Of a stretch of 64,000 bases of DNA, positions 52,670-61,184 are shown piece after piece. Where the stretch lies: assembly GCA_029262065.1 (NCBI GenBank), contig JAJDAC010000031.1:1-64000 (forward strand), written 5' to 3'. Within the stretch, counting starts at the first letter, position 1; each line of letters begins with the position of its first letter. The DNA is from Candidatus Krumholzibacteriota bacterium. Lineage in GTDB: Bacteria; Krumholzibacteriota; Krumholzibacteriia; JAJRXK01. The notes beneath the pieces were generated by a model that did no database searches, was not told where the DNA came from, and was given only the letters and a program-made list of their open reading frames with translations. Position numbers and translations under genes: made by a program.

Positions 52670-53284
52670 CTACAGTAGATAGATGAATGTGAACACGAGG
52701 ATCCAGATGAGATCGACGAAATGCCAGAACAGGCCGACGATTTCCACGTGGCTGGCGTCGCCGTCGTAGCGGCCGTTCAGCGATTTGATCCAGATCACGG
52801 TCAGGTAGATCACGCCGCTCAGCACGTGCAGGCCGTGAAAGCCGGTGATGGCGTAGAACGTGGACCCAAACAGGTTGTTCCCGTGCTCCATGGTGGTGAA
52901 GCCCAGTCCGTGGTGAACCAGATGGTTGTACTCGTAGTACTGGATGCCCAGGAATATCACGCCGCCGGCGATGGTGGCGCCCAGCCAGCCCAACAGCGCC
53001 TTGCGGTTGGCCATTTCGGCCCCCCGGATGGCCATGACCATGGACACCGAGCTACAGATGAGGATGAACGTGGCCACACTGGAGATGGTTATCCCCAGTT
53101 CTTCGGCCGGGTCGGGCCAGTTGCCCATGCGACGCAGCGATGCGTAGGCAATGAGCAGGCCGCCGAACGTCATGGCGTCGGTGACCAGATAGATCCACAT
53201 GCCCACTTTGCCAGCGTTGGCGGGGCCAAACTCGCGATCGTGCAGCCCTTCGGGGGCGGCGACGACGGCTCCAGGTGCGCTCAC
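52670..53284 (-). CDS. ctaE: Cytochrome c oxidase subunit III.
   Basis: MWIYLVTDAMTFGGLLIAYASLR...YYEYNHLVHHG...GFHGLHVLSGVIYLTVIW...LFWHFVDLIWILVF. Canonical subunit III. Confidence 0.9.
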   Translation of the reverse strand: MSAPGAVVAAPEGLHDREFGPANAGKVGMWIYLVTDAMTFGGLLIAYASLRRMGNWPDPAEELGITISSVATFILICSSVSMVMAIRGAEMANRKALLGWLGATIAGGVIFLGIQYYEYNHLVHHGLGFTTMEHGNNLFGSTFYAITGFHGLHVLSGVIYLTVIWIKSLNGRYDGDASHVEIVGLFWHFVDLIWILVFTFIYLL

Positions 53285-53436
53285 GGGGGCTCCTCATCGA
53301 AAGGGAAAATCCGCGGCCGATCCTATACGCAAGCCCCCACCCCCTGTCAATGCTCGGCTGCACCTAAGGCTGTCGTAACTTCTTGCGATCGTTTCCCCTG
53401 GAACGATTTCGCCCCGGTTGACAGGGCCGCGGTCGG

Positions 53437-53805
53437 ATGGTTCAATTCGGCGCTGACGACCAACCGGGAGAGCGTCGTTTCGCCGTGCAGTTTCAAATTC
53501 GCAACCAAATCCAACCATCGGTCGGTAGGGCGGTCCATAGGGCGGTCCGCAGGGCCTCGACCAGTGTCGTCGTGGTTCTCGCCACGGTATTGGTCCTGGG
53601 TTTGACTTTCGAGGGCGCGCGCGCCTGCGCGACCTGCATGAACGACAATCCCAACCGGCGCAGAACCATTCCCATTCTCATGGGCTTCATCGGCGTACCG
53701 TTCCTGGTGGCCTCCGGCGTTTTCTACGCCCTGCGCCGTCTTGAGCACGATGAATCCCGGACGTGGACTTCACCTGTAGGGAGAGAGAATGATCCCCCTT
53801 CGTAG
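53437..53805 (+). CDS. Candidate small membrane protein (two TM helices flanking a CxxC) in the divergent cox promoter region. Weak call.
   Basis: ATG 53437. ...VVVVLATVLVLGLTFEGARACATCMNDNPNRRRTIPILMGFIGVPFLVASGVFYALRRL. Its end overlaps the coxII start by 17 nt. No family recognised, so it could be spurious. Confidence 0.2.
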   Translation: MVQFGADDQPGERRFAVQFQIRNQIQPSVGRAVHRAVRRASTSVVVVLATVLVLGLTFEGARACATCMNDNPNRRRTIPILMGFIGVPFLVASGVFYALRRLEHDESRTWTSPVGRENDPPS

Positions 53806-54610
53806 ACTGCTAGCTGCGGTCGTGATTGGCCTGCTTGGGGCCGGTCCGGCGTCCGCGGGGTTTCTGGACGCCTACAAACCCCCGGTCGACATTTCCAAAG
53901 AGGGTCATCGCGTAGACTCATTGTTCTACGTGACCACCATCATGCTCCTCGTGCTGTTCGCGATTCTCTCGTACGTCCTGGTGGTGTCGAGCATCAGGCA
54001 TCGTGGCAAGAGTTCGCATCACGTCCACTTCCATCGCGGTCACGCGACACGCGATCTCACGATCGCGGCGGTTATCTCGGCCAGCATCTTCTTCGTGGTC
54101 GATGGTAACCTGCTCTACAACAGTTACGAAGACATCAACGATGCGTTCTGGAACTACCCCACCGAAGGCGATCTCACGCGGGTGCAGATCATGCCCCAAC
54201 AATGGGCATGGCGATTCCGCCTGCCGGGCAACGACGGGCAGTTCAACACCGCCGACGACATCGTCACGTTGAATGACCTGCGCATTCCGGTGGACAAGCA
54301 GGTGATAGCGCAGATGCAGTCAGCCGACGTGATCCATTCGTTCTTCCTGCCCAACGTGCGGCAGAAGATCGACGCAAACCCGGGGTCGGTTACCAAGATG
54401 ACGTTCACCCCCCTGCAGACTGGGGATTTCGAAGTGGTTTGCGCCGAGATGTGTGGACTGAACCACTACAAGATGCGCGCCGAGATGAAAGTTCTTTCGA
54501 CCGCTGACTATGCGAGATGGCACGAAGAGGCTTCGTTCTGGGCCTTGAGCGGGTTCGACGAGGAAGATGCAGAGGCACATTGGGGCTGGGATTGGGAGGC
54601 GAACGAATGA
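53789..54610 (+). CDS. coxB: Cytochrome c oxidase subunit II (CuA centre, no fused cytochrome c domain).
   Basis: Signal/TM N-terminus, two TM helices. CuA ligands appear in H..(FFLPN)...CAEMCGLNHYKM. Confidence 0.9.
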   Translation: MIPLRRLLAAVVIGLLGAGPASAGFLDAYKPPVDISKEGHRVDSLFYVTTIMLLVLFAILSYVLVVSSIRHRGKSSHHVHFHRGHATRDLTIAAVISASIFFVVDGNLLYNSYEDINDAFWNYPTEGDLTRVQIMPQQWAWRFRLPGNDGQFNTADDIVTLNDLRIPVDKQVIAQMQSADVIHSFFLPNVRQKIDANPGSVTKMTFTPLQTGDFEVVCAEMCGLNHYKMRAEMKVLSTADYARWHEEASFWALSGFDEEDAEAHWGWDWEANE

Positions 54611-56391
54611 GCGCGGACGCACATCACCACGAACCTGGATTCGTCGGGAAGTACATCTTCTCGATGGATCACAAGATGATCGCCAAGCAGTTCCTTTGGT
54701 TGGGTCTGGTGGGACTGGCCGTGGGTGGCCTCATGGCCATGCTCATGCGGTGGAATCTAGCCAACCCCGGCGAGGCCGTGCCGCTGGTGGGAAACATGCT
54801 CTTTCCCGATTCCGGCGGTGTCATCCCGCCCGACGCCTACGCTTCGTTGTTTACGATGCATGGCACGATCATGATCTTCTTCGCCATTACGCCGCTGCTC
54901 ATCGGGTGTTTTGGCAACTTCTGTATTCCGCTGATGATCGGCGCGCGGGACATGGTGTTTCCGTTGCTGAACATGTTGTCGTTCTGGACCGCGGCGCTGG
55001 CCAGCGTGTTCATGTTCGGCTCGATCTTCGTGCCGCTGGGTGGTGCGGCTTCGGGATGGACCGCGTATCCGACCCTGAGCACCAACGTGGGTTTGCCCGG
55101 GCTCGGAATGACCATGTGGGTCGTGGCCATCTTCCTTATCGGAACGTCGTCGATCATGGGCGCGGTGAACTACATCACCACCGTCATCCGGTTGCGCGCG
55201 CCGGGCATGGGCTACTTCGACATGCCGCTCACGGTGTGGGGTCTTTGGCTTACCGCCATCCTCAACGCCTTGTTCGTACCGGTGATTGCCGCGGCCATGG
55301 TGCTGCTGTTTTTCGACCGGGTGTTTGGGACCCAGTTCTTCGCCGCCGGTTCAGCCGTGGTGGACGGCACCGGCGACCCTATTCTCTACCAGCACCTCTT
55401 CTGGATCTTCGGCCACCCCGAGGTCTACATCCTGATTCTGCCGGCCTGGGGTGTGGTGAGCGACCTGCTCTCGTTCTTCAGCCGCAAGCCCGCGTACGGA
55501 TACAAGATCACTGCATTGGGCATGACCGCTGTGACCGTGTTGAGCGCCGTGGTCTACGGTCACCACATGTTCTCCACCGGTCTGAGTCCACTGCTGGGGC
55601 AGAGCTTCATGGTGCTGACCATGATCATCAGTGTGCCGGCCGAGATCTTCTTCCTTAACTGGTTGCATACCATCTGGAAGGGCAGGATCCGCATGGCTAC
55701 GCCCATGCTGTTCTCGCTGGGCGTGGTGTTCGTGTTCGGGCTGGGTGGACTTACCGGGTTGTACCTGGCGTCGATCAGCACCGATCTGTATCTGCACGAT
55801 ACGTACTTCGTCGTGGGTCACTTCCATCTGACCATGGCCGCGGCCGCGTTCCTCGGCTTCTTCGCCGGCCTCTACTATTGGTTTCCCAAGTTCACTGGCC
55901 GCATGCTGAACGAGAACCTGGGTAAGATCCACTTCGCCGGCTCGATCATCACCATCACGATCGTGTTCTGCGGCATGCTGCTGCAGGGTTGGGCGGGCAT
56001 GCATCGCCGGATCTACGACCACAGCGTGTACACGTACCTGCAGCACCTCGCGCCCATGACCAATATCATCACGCACTCGGCGTTGACGCTGGGTTTCTTC
56101 CAGCTGTTTTTCGTGGTCAATTTCTTCCGTAGTTGGTTTGCCGGAGAGAAAGCGCCAGAGAACCCGTGGCAGGTTGGTACATTGGAATGGGCGACATCGA
56201 ATCCTATTCCCCACGGCAACTTTGAGCATATCCCCGTGGTATTCCGTGGTCCGCACGAGTTCAACAATCCCGATTACGCCCACCTGGGTCGCGACTGGGT
56301 GGCGCAATGGGAGCAGCTGCCCGGTGATCCGTCACCCGAAGAGCGCATCGCCTCGACGCATGTGCCGGCGCCGCAGGCCGCGCACAGCTAG
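54607..56391 (+). CDS. coxA: Cytochrome c oxidase subunit I (haem-copper oxidase catalytic subunit).
   Basis: ATG 54607 overlaps the coxII stop (ATGA). Canonical blocks: WLGLVGLAVGGLMAMLMR, HGTIMIFF, ILYQHLFWIFGHPEVYILILPAWG, HHMFSTG, VGHFHLTMAAAAF. The track ORF start at 54517 is an upstream in-frame extension. Confidence 0.95.
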   Translation: MSADAHHHEPGFVGKYIFSMDHKMIAKQFLWLGLVGLAVGGLMAMLMRWNLANPGEAVPLVGNMLFPDSGGVIPPDAYASLFTMHGTIMIFFAITPLLIGCFGNFCIPLMIGARDMVFPLLNMLSFWTAALASVFMFGSIFVPLGGAASGWTAYPTLSTNVGLPGLGMTMWVVAIFLIGTSSIMGAVNYITTVIRLRAPGMGYFDMPLTVWGLWLTAILNALFVPVIAAAMVLLFFDRVFGTQFFAAGSAVVDGTGDPILYQHLFWIFGHPEVYILILPAWGVVSDLLSFFSRKPAYGYKITALGMTAVTVLSAVVYGHHMFSTGLSPLLGQSFMVLTMIISVPAEIFFLNWLHTIWKGRIRMATPMLFSLGVVFVFGLGGLTGLYLASISTDLYLHDTYFVVGHFHLTMAAAAFLGFFAGLYYWFPKFTGRMLNENLGKIHFAGSIITITIVFCGMLLQGWAGMHRRIYDHSVYTYLQHLAPMTNIITHSALTLGFFQLFFVVNFFRSWFAGEKAPENPWQVGTLEWATSNPIPHGNFEHIPVVFRGPHEFNNPDYAHLGRDWVAQWEQLPGDPSPEERIASTHVPAPQAAHS

Positions 56392-56394
56392 AAC

Positions 56395-56982
56395 ATGGGA
56401 GCCGTATTGACATCCAACGGGAGTCCGGCCGGCGAAGACCGGTGGACATCCTACCTGGGCATGGTCGTAGCCGTGGCTTCGTGGGGCATGCTGTTCGCCG
56501 CGTTGTTGCTTTCCTACGTGTTGCTGCGGGTACAGCAGCCGGTGTGGCCTCCTTTGGGGAGTCCACCGCTGCCGTTGGGATTGGCCGTCGCGAATACCGC
56601 GGTGCTCTTGTTGAGCAGCGTGGTCCTGAGCTGGGGCGGGCGCAAGTTGGGGCGCGGAGGTCGCGAGGAATTCCACGTGGCGCTGCAATGGACCATTGCG
56701 TTGGGGATTGTGTTTCTGGGCTTGCAGCTTCGACTGTGGCAGGCCACGCACGCCAATGGGCTGGGTCTTACCCACATTTTTGGCGGCATGTTCTACGTAC
56801 TTACCTGGGCTCATGCCGCGCACATCGTGGCGGGACTGGGGGCATTGCTATGGCTGGTACCGGGTTCGCGTCAGCGCACCTACGGCCCCGAGCGTCGTGC
56901 CCGCGTCATGATGGTGTCGTTGTTCTGGCATTTTCTCGATGTGGTGTGGGTCGTGATGTTCGTTGCTATATTCGTTGTCTAA
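56395..56982 (+). CDS. Second haem-copper-oxidase subunit III-family protein (short, 5-TM).
   Basis: Ends ...VMMVSLFWHFLDVVWVVMFVAIFVV, the subunit III C-terminal signature. It starts 4 nt after the coxI stop. Confidence 0.7.
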   Translation: MGAVLTSNGSPAGEDRWTSYLGMVVAVASWGMLFAALLLSYVLLRVQQPVWPPLGSPPLPLGLAVANTAVLLLSSVVLSWGGRKLGRGGREEFHVALQWTIALGIVFLGLQLRLWQATHANGLGLTHIFGGMFYVLTWAHAAHIVAGLGALLWLVPGSRQRTYGPERRARVMMVSLFWHFLDVVWVVMFVAIFVV

Positions 56983-57000
56983 CCGTTCTGGGAGGAACGC

Positions 57001-57927
57001 GTGTCAACTCACAAGATCCTAAGCGCGCTGCTGGTTGCCCTGATCCTGGCGGGTGGCTGCGCCAACAGTGACGACTTCAAGGAAGCAATCGTGCTGGGCG
57101 GGCAGGAAGTCCAGCCTGAAGTCCTGAACCTTGGTCATGACACCTACATAGCGTACTGCCGGGCCTGTCACGGCGTGAACGGCGACGGCAAGGGTCCCGC
57201 GTCCAAGGGTCTGCGTCCGCCTCCCCGTGACTTCCGTCAGGGCGTGTTCAAATTTGCGAACGTCGAAACGGGCTATCTGCCGCGCGACGAAGATCTCCAG
57301 CGGATCGTCCGTCACGGACTCGGCGGCACGGCCATGCTTCCGTGGGACATCAGCGACGATCGGCTCGATGCTGTCATCCAATACATCAAGACGTTCTCGG
57401 AGTTGTGGGTCGACGAGTTCGAAGAAGTGGGCGAGGAGATCGTGGCGGGCACCGACCCGTTTGGCGCGGCCCGGCGCGACGAGGCCGTGGAAATGGGCAA
57501 GAAATTGTACCACGCCCTGGCGCAGTGCAATTCGTGTCACCCCTCATACATTTCCTACCAGGAGATCTACGACGCCGGCGTGGAGATGACCGGTTCGGGC
57601 AACACCGACCTGGGTCCGCATTCCTACGCCGTCGAGCTGAAGGACAGCGACTACGACAGCAAGTTGTTGCCGCCCGACTTCACGTTCCATCTGGTGCGTT
57701 CCGGTGAGAGTACCGAAGCCATCTTCCTGGCCATTGCTTCGGGAATCGGCGGCACTGCGATGCCCACGTGGAAGGGCTCGCTTCCCGACGATCAGATCTG
57801 GGCCATGGCGTACTACGTGCGCAGTCTCATCGAAATTCGCGACACCAGCGAGGCGCTTGCCTTGAAGCAGCGGTTGCGCAATCAGCCAGCCTGGGTGGCG
57901 CCGGCCGACACCGACGGGGGACGCTGA
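57001..57927 (+). CDS. Dihaem c-type cytochrome lipoprotein.
   Basis: Lipobox LILAGGC. Two CXXCH motifs (CRACHGVNG; CNSCHPSY), each followed downstream by a Met ligand region (GGTAMLPW / GGTAMPTW). Confidence 0.8.
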   Translation: MSTHKILSALLVALILAGGCANSDDFKEAIVLGGQEVQPEVLNLGHDTYIAYCRACHGVNGDGKGPASKGLRPPPRDFRQGVFKFANVETGYLPRDEDLQRIVRHGLGGTAMLPWDISDDRLDAVIQYIKTFSELWVDEFEEVGEEIVAGTDPFGAARRDEAVEMGKKLYHALAQCNSCHPSYISYQEIYDAGVEMTGSGNTDLGPHSYAVELKDSDYDSKLLPPDFTFHLVRSGESTEAIFLAIASGIGGTAMPTWKGSLPDDQIWAMAYYVRSLIEIRDTSEALALKQRLRNQPAWVAPADTDGGR

Positions 57928-57928
57928 C

Positions 57929-58636
57929 GTGGCGTCTCCCATGGGGCTGGCCGCACGGCTTACCGGTAGTTGGGTGTTCTGGGTCCTGTTGCTTTCATCG
58001 GCGTTTGCCATGCCCATCATTCGCTCGGTCACGCGTGAGTTGCCGGCGGCGCCCACGGTGTACGGCGAAGTGCCCGCCTTCGAATTCATCCGGCAGGACG
58101 GCTCAACGCTCAGCCGCGACGATCTCCGTGGCAAGATCTGGGTGGCCAACTTCATCTTCACCAGTTGCTCAGACGTGTGCCCCGGCCTGAGCTCGCGCAT
58201 GCGCGAAATCCAGAATCGCATGGACAAGATGGGCGACGCCGTCCATCTGGTTTCGTTCAGCGTCGACCCGGCCCGCGACACGCCTGAGAAGTTGCAGAAG
58301 TACGCCGCCCGTTTTCAGGCCCGCCCCGATATGTGGTCGTTCGTGACCGGTGACATGGAGGCCATCCAGAGCGTGGTCGAAGACGGTTTCAAGCTGGGCC
58401 TGGAAGCCACCGAGGTGGAGGACACCGGGTTCTTCAACATTGTCCACGGCGAACGGTTTGTACTGGTCGATCAGCTTGGCCAGATACGTGGCTACTTCCG
58501 CGCCAACGACGAAGAAATCCAGCGACTTCTGAACACCGCGGGTCAGTTGGGCAACATGGGTCCGGTGTCTCCCACCGAAACCGACGTCGACCCGGCCCAG
58601 GATCCCACCGCGCCGCCGCAGGTCTCCGTACACTAG
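57929..58636 (+). CDS. SCO1/SenC copper chaperone (thioredoxin fold, CxxxC).
   Basis: FTSCSDVCP copper-binding motif, and a conserved His in the DTPEKLQKYAARF...HGERFVLVD region. It follows the cytochrome gene by 1 nt. Confidence 0.85.
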   Translation: MASPMGLAARLTGSWVFWVLLLSSAFAMPIIRSVTRELPAAPTVYGEVPAFEFIRQDGSTLSRDDLRGKIWVANFIFTSCSDVCPGLSSRMREIQNRMDKMGDAVHLVSFSVDPARDTPEKLQKYAARFQARPDMWSFVTGDMEAIQSVVEDGFKLGLEATEVEDTGFFNIVHGERFVLVDQLGQIRGYFRANDEEIQRLLNTAGQLGNMGPVSPTETDVDPAQDPTAPPQVSVH

Positions 58637-58670
58637 GGACCAGTGGGCGCACCTTGGTTGCCCCTGCAGG

Positions 58671-59570
58671 CTAGCGTCGCTCTTCGTACACGGCGGGGTC
58701 CTGCCCCCTAAGCATCGAGTTGCCTTCGTAGAGATCGCCGGCCGCCACGCGAGTCGGTGTTTCCAACGTGGCCCGGTCGAGCCGACCGGTCTGCCCGAAG
58801 AACTCGATGGGATTGTTCCAGACCAGCTTGTCGACGTCGCTGGCTTTGAATCCCGATTCCAGCATGAGTTTGGCCGTCTTGGGTACCATCAGCGGGTCGC
58901 TTACTCCCCAATCGGCGGCGCTGTTCACGATCATCCGGTCGAGCCCGTATTCCTTGAGAATGGGGATCATGCGCGCGGGGCTCATCTTGGTGTTCGGGTA
59001 GAGTGAGAAGCCGCTGACACAACCCAGCTCGTGCGTGATCTTGATGGTTTCTTCGTTGCCGTGGTCCAGAAGCACGCGCTCCATGGAAATGCCGGATTCA
59101 CGCACGATGTCTACACTGCGCTCGAAGCCCACCTTCTTGTCACGGTGGGGCGTGTGGACCAGAATCGGCAGGTCGTGCTTGATGGCCAGTTCGATCTGCG
59201 CCTTGAAGTATTTTTCTTCCTTGGGGGTCTGGTCGTCCAAGCCAATTTCACCGACCGCCACGACGCCGTTCTTCTCGAGGAACCGGGGCAGTACGGCCAT
59301 CACGTCGTCGTTCACGCGGTCGTCGTTGGCCTCGCGCGGATTCAGGGCCATGGTGCAGACATGGTGGATGCCGAATCCCGCCGCGCGGTGCCTTTCCCAC
59401 CCCAGGAGTGTGTCGAAGTAGTCGATGAACGACCCCACGCTGGTGCGGTTCTGGCCGAGCCAGAATGCGGGTTCGAGTACTACACGAATTCCCGCTTCGT
59501 ACATGCGTTCGTAGTCGTCGGTGACGCGGCTGATCATGTGGATGTGTGGATCGAAGATGCGCATCGGCAA
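58671..59570 (-). CDS. TatD-family metal-dependent hydrolase (amidohydrolase-fold TIM barrel).
   Basis: MRIFDPHIHM (HxH), GEIGLD, ILVHTPH and DHGNEE metal-ligand blocks typical of the TatD/PF01026 family. Confidence 0.7.
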   Translation of the reverse strand: MPMRIFDPHIHMISRVTDDYERMYEAGIRVVLEPAFWLGQNRTSVGSFIDYFDTLLGWERHRAAGFGIHHVCTMALNPREANDDRVNDDVMAVLPRFLEKNGVVAVGEIGLDDQTPKEEKYFKAQIELAIKHDLPILVHTPHRDKKVGFERSVDIVRESGISMERVLLDHGNEETIKITHELGCVSGFSLYPNTKMSPARMIPILKEYGLDRMIVNSAADWGVSDPLMVPKTAKLMLESGFKASDVDKLVWNNPIEFFGQTGRLDRATLETPTRVAAGDLYEGNSMLRGQDPAVYEERR

Positions 59571-59578
59571 AGTTCCTT

Positions 59579-60505
59579 TCAGCCCAGCTCTTGCAGGGCC
59601 AGGGCGAGTGCTTCGCGCACGCGCGGATGTCGTTCGCGACCCTCTCGCTGGGTCAGGTAGTCGCGTAGTTCAGAATTCTTCATGGCCGCCACGGCTTGGA
59701 CCGCGGCCAGGCGTACCGCGTCGTCGCCGTGTTCCAGGTGGCCCACCACGCGGGCCGTGGTACCGGCCACCGGAGCTCGCGCAATGAGGTGGAGGGTGTC
59801 AAGCCAGACGCTGCGTCCGGCCGCTTCGCGCTCGGTGGCGAAGTCCTGAAGCATACGGCTCAGATCGCCGTTGGCACGGTCGACCGCTCCGAAGACCCGG
59901 GCCAGTGGCAGATCGCAAAACGCGATCTTCAGGATCATGCGATTGAAATCGTCCTGGGGGAGGTAGGTCGAAGCCAGATCGTGGTCGAACCAGGCCGCTT
60001 CGAACAAATCGGACGTGTTCGTGCGTTGGGCTTCACGCATGAAATCCAGGACCACGTTCAACTCGGCAATGAACGGCATGCAACGCATTACGCTCACGCG
60101 CTCGTCCAGGTCGCCCTGGTCGAAGAGGGTCCGCAGCAGGTCAGATTCGTGACCGGCGTCGATGGCCGAGGTCACCAGAAGGGCGGCCGCCGCGTCGGCG
60201 ACGCGCCACGCGGCCAGATCCAGGCGGTAGGAATCGGTGGCCACGAAGCGTCCCTCGTGGTCCAGCGGAACCAGCGGCGTCGCGCCACAGCGTCGCACCA
60301 GCGCCGGAAAAGCTACCTCCAGCGCATGTTGCCCCTTGTCGATGGCATCCAGCTCGGCCGCGCTCCACCATTGCCGGGCGGGTTCGGGCAGCCCCGTCAG
60401 GAAGAGATGGCGGATGTGGGCGAGGGCGCCCTCGGCGCTCTTTGTTTCTTTCGTGGTCATGCCGTCAGTGTAACCAGCGAACCATGTTGGCTCAACGCGG
60501 ATCAC
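59579..60505 (-). CDS. Hypothetical protein with C-terminal HEAT-like repeats (possibly EboA-like; speculative).
   Basis: 308 aa. The C-terminus DDAVRLAAVQAVAAMKNSELRDYLTQREGRERHPRVREALALALQEL is HEAT/PBS-lyase-like. It lies 8 nt upstream of the TatD-like gene and overlaps the DUF523 gene stop by 4 nt. Confidence 0.45.
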   Translation of the reverse strand: MIRVEPTWFAGYTDGMTTKETKSAEGALAHIRHLFLTGLPEPARQWWSAAELDAIDKGQHALEVAFPALVRRCGATPLVPLDHEGRFVATDSYRLDLAAWRVADAAAALLVTSAIDAGHESDLLRTLFDQGDLDERVSVMRCMPFIAELNVVLDFMREAQRTNTSDLFEAAWFDHDLASTYLPQDDFNRMILKIAFCDLPLARVFGAVDRANGDLSRMLQDFATEREAAGRSVWLDTLHLIARAPVAGTTARVVGHLEHGDDAVRLAAVQAVAAMKNSELRDYLTQREGRERHPRVREALALALQELG

Positions 60506-61080
60506 ACTGCCTCAGCCAGAAGGCGTTTCCAGTCCCAAAGGGGAGGCAGCCCCGCGGCGCCCGATCGGCGATGCCAGCGCACGAGAACCTGTTCCAGGAA
60601 CAGGCGCCGGAGATCGCGGTGCGCGAGCTGATCCTCCCTTGCGGTGGGGAGGCTGGGGTCGTTGCGCAACACCGCGCCCGCGAATACGCCCCAGGTGGAT
60701 CCCACTACCTCACCGCGATCGTTGTGAAGGGGAACGGTATGGGTGCCGCAGCTTGGTGACCGGTCCTTGAACACGAACCCGTCGATTTGAGCCTGGTTCA
60801 GCCTGGAAATGAACGCGGTGGCGACTGCTTCCACACTGGAGGTCACGTCGATGCGGGTCTCACGACCCACCATGCGGACGCCACCTCCAAGTGCACGCAA
60901 TTGCACTGGCTCGCGCGGTGTCCCCAGACCAGCCTCCACTTCGGGGCAGACCACGAGCCACTCGACGCACTCAGACAGTCGAAGAGTAAGAAACTCTTGA
61001 GCCTTGTGGCCTCCGTCGTAGCGGACCGGTTCGCCCAGTAGGCAGGCGCTCACGCCCAGACGAGGTCGTTTCGATTCCAT
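60502..61080 (-). CDS. DUF523 family protein (TudS-like Fe-S desulfidase family).
   Basis: LGVSACLLGEPVRYDGGHK...CPEVEAGLGTPREP...SPSCG. The conserved Cys residues and N-terminal motif are typical of DUF523. Confidence 0.65.
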   Translation of the reverse strand: MESKRPRLGVSACLLGEPVRYDGGHKAQEFLTLRLSECVEWLVVCPEVEAGLGTPREPVQLRALGGGVRMVGRETRIDVTSSVEAVATAFISRLNQAQIDGFVFKDRSPSCGTHTVPLHNDRGEVVGSTWGVFAGAVLRNDPSLPTAREDQLAHRDLRRLFLEQVLVRWHRRSGAAGLPPLWDWKRLLAEAV

Positions 61081-61171
61081 GGCACCACTATAGACGATGA
61101 GCGCGCTCCCGTGACACCGTGTACGCCCCTGCGATAGACTCTACCCGCGCCTAGCCTGAGCATCCTTGGAC

Positions 61172-61177
61172 AAGGAG
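61172..61177 (+). promoter_or_regulatory. Shine-Dalgarno AAGGAG upstream of the LanB-like ORF.
   Basis: AAGGAGttcttccCTG. The only in-frame codon at canonical spacing is CTG 61185. There is no ATG, GTG or TTG in frame between the upstream stop (TAG 61152-61154) and the conserved LanB N-terminal block. Confidence 0.35.
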
Positions 61178-61184
61178 TTCTTCC

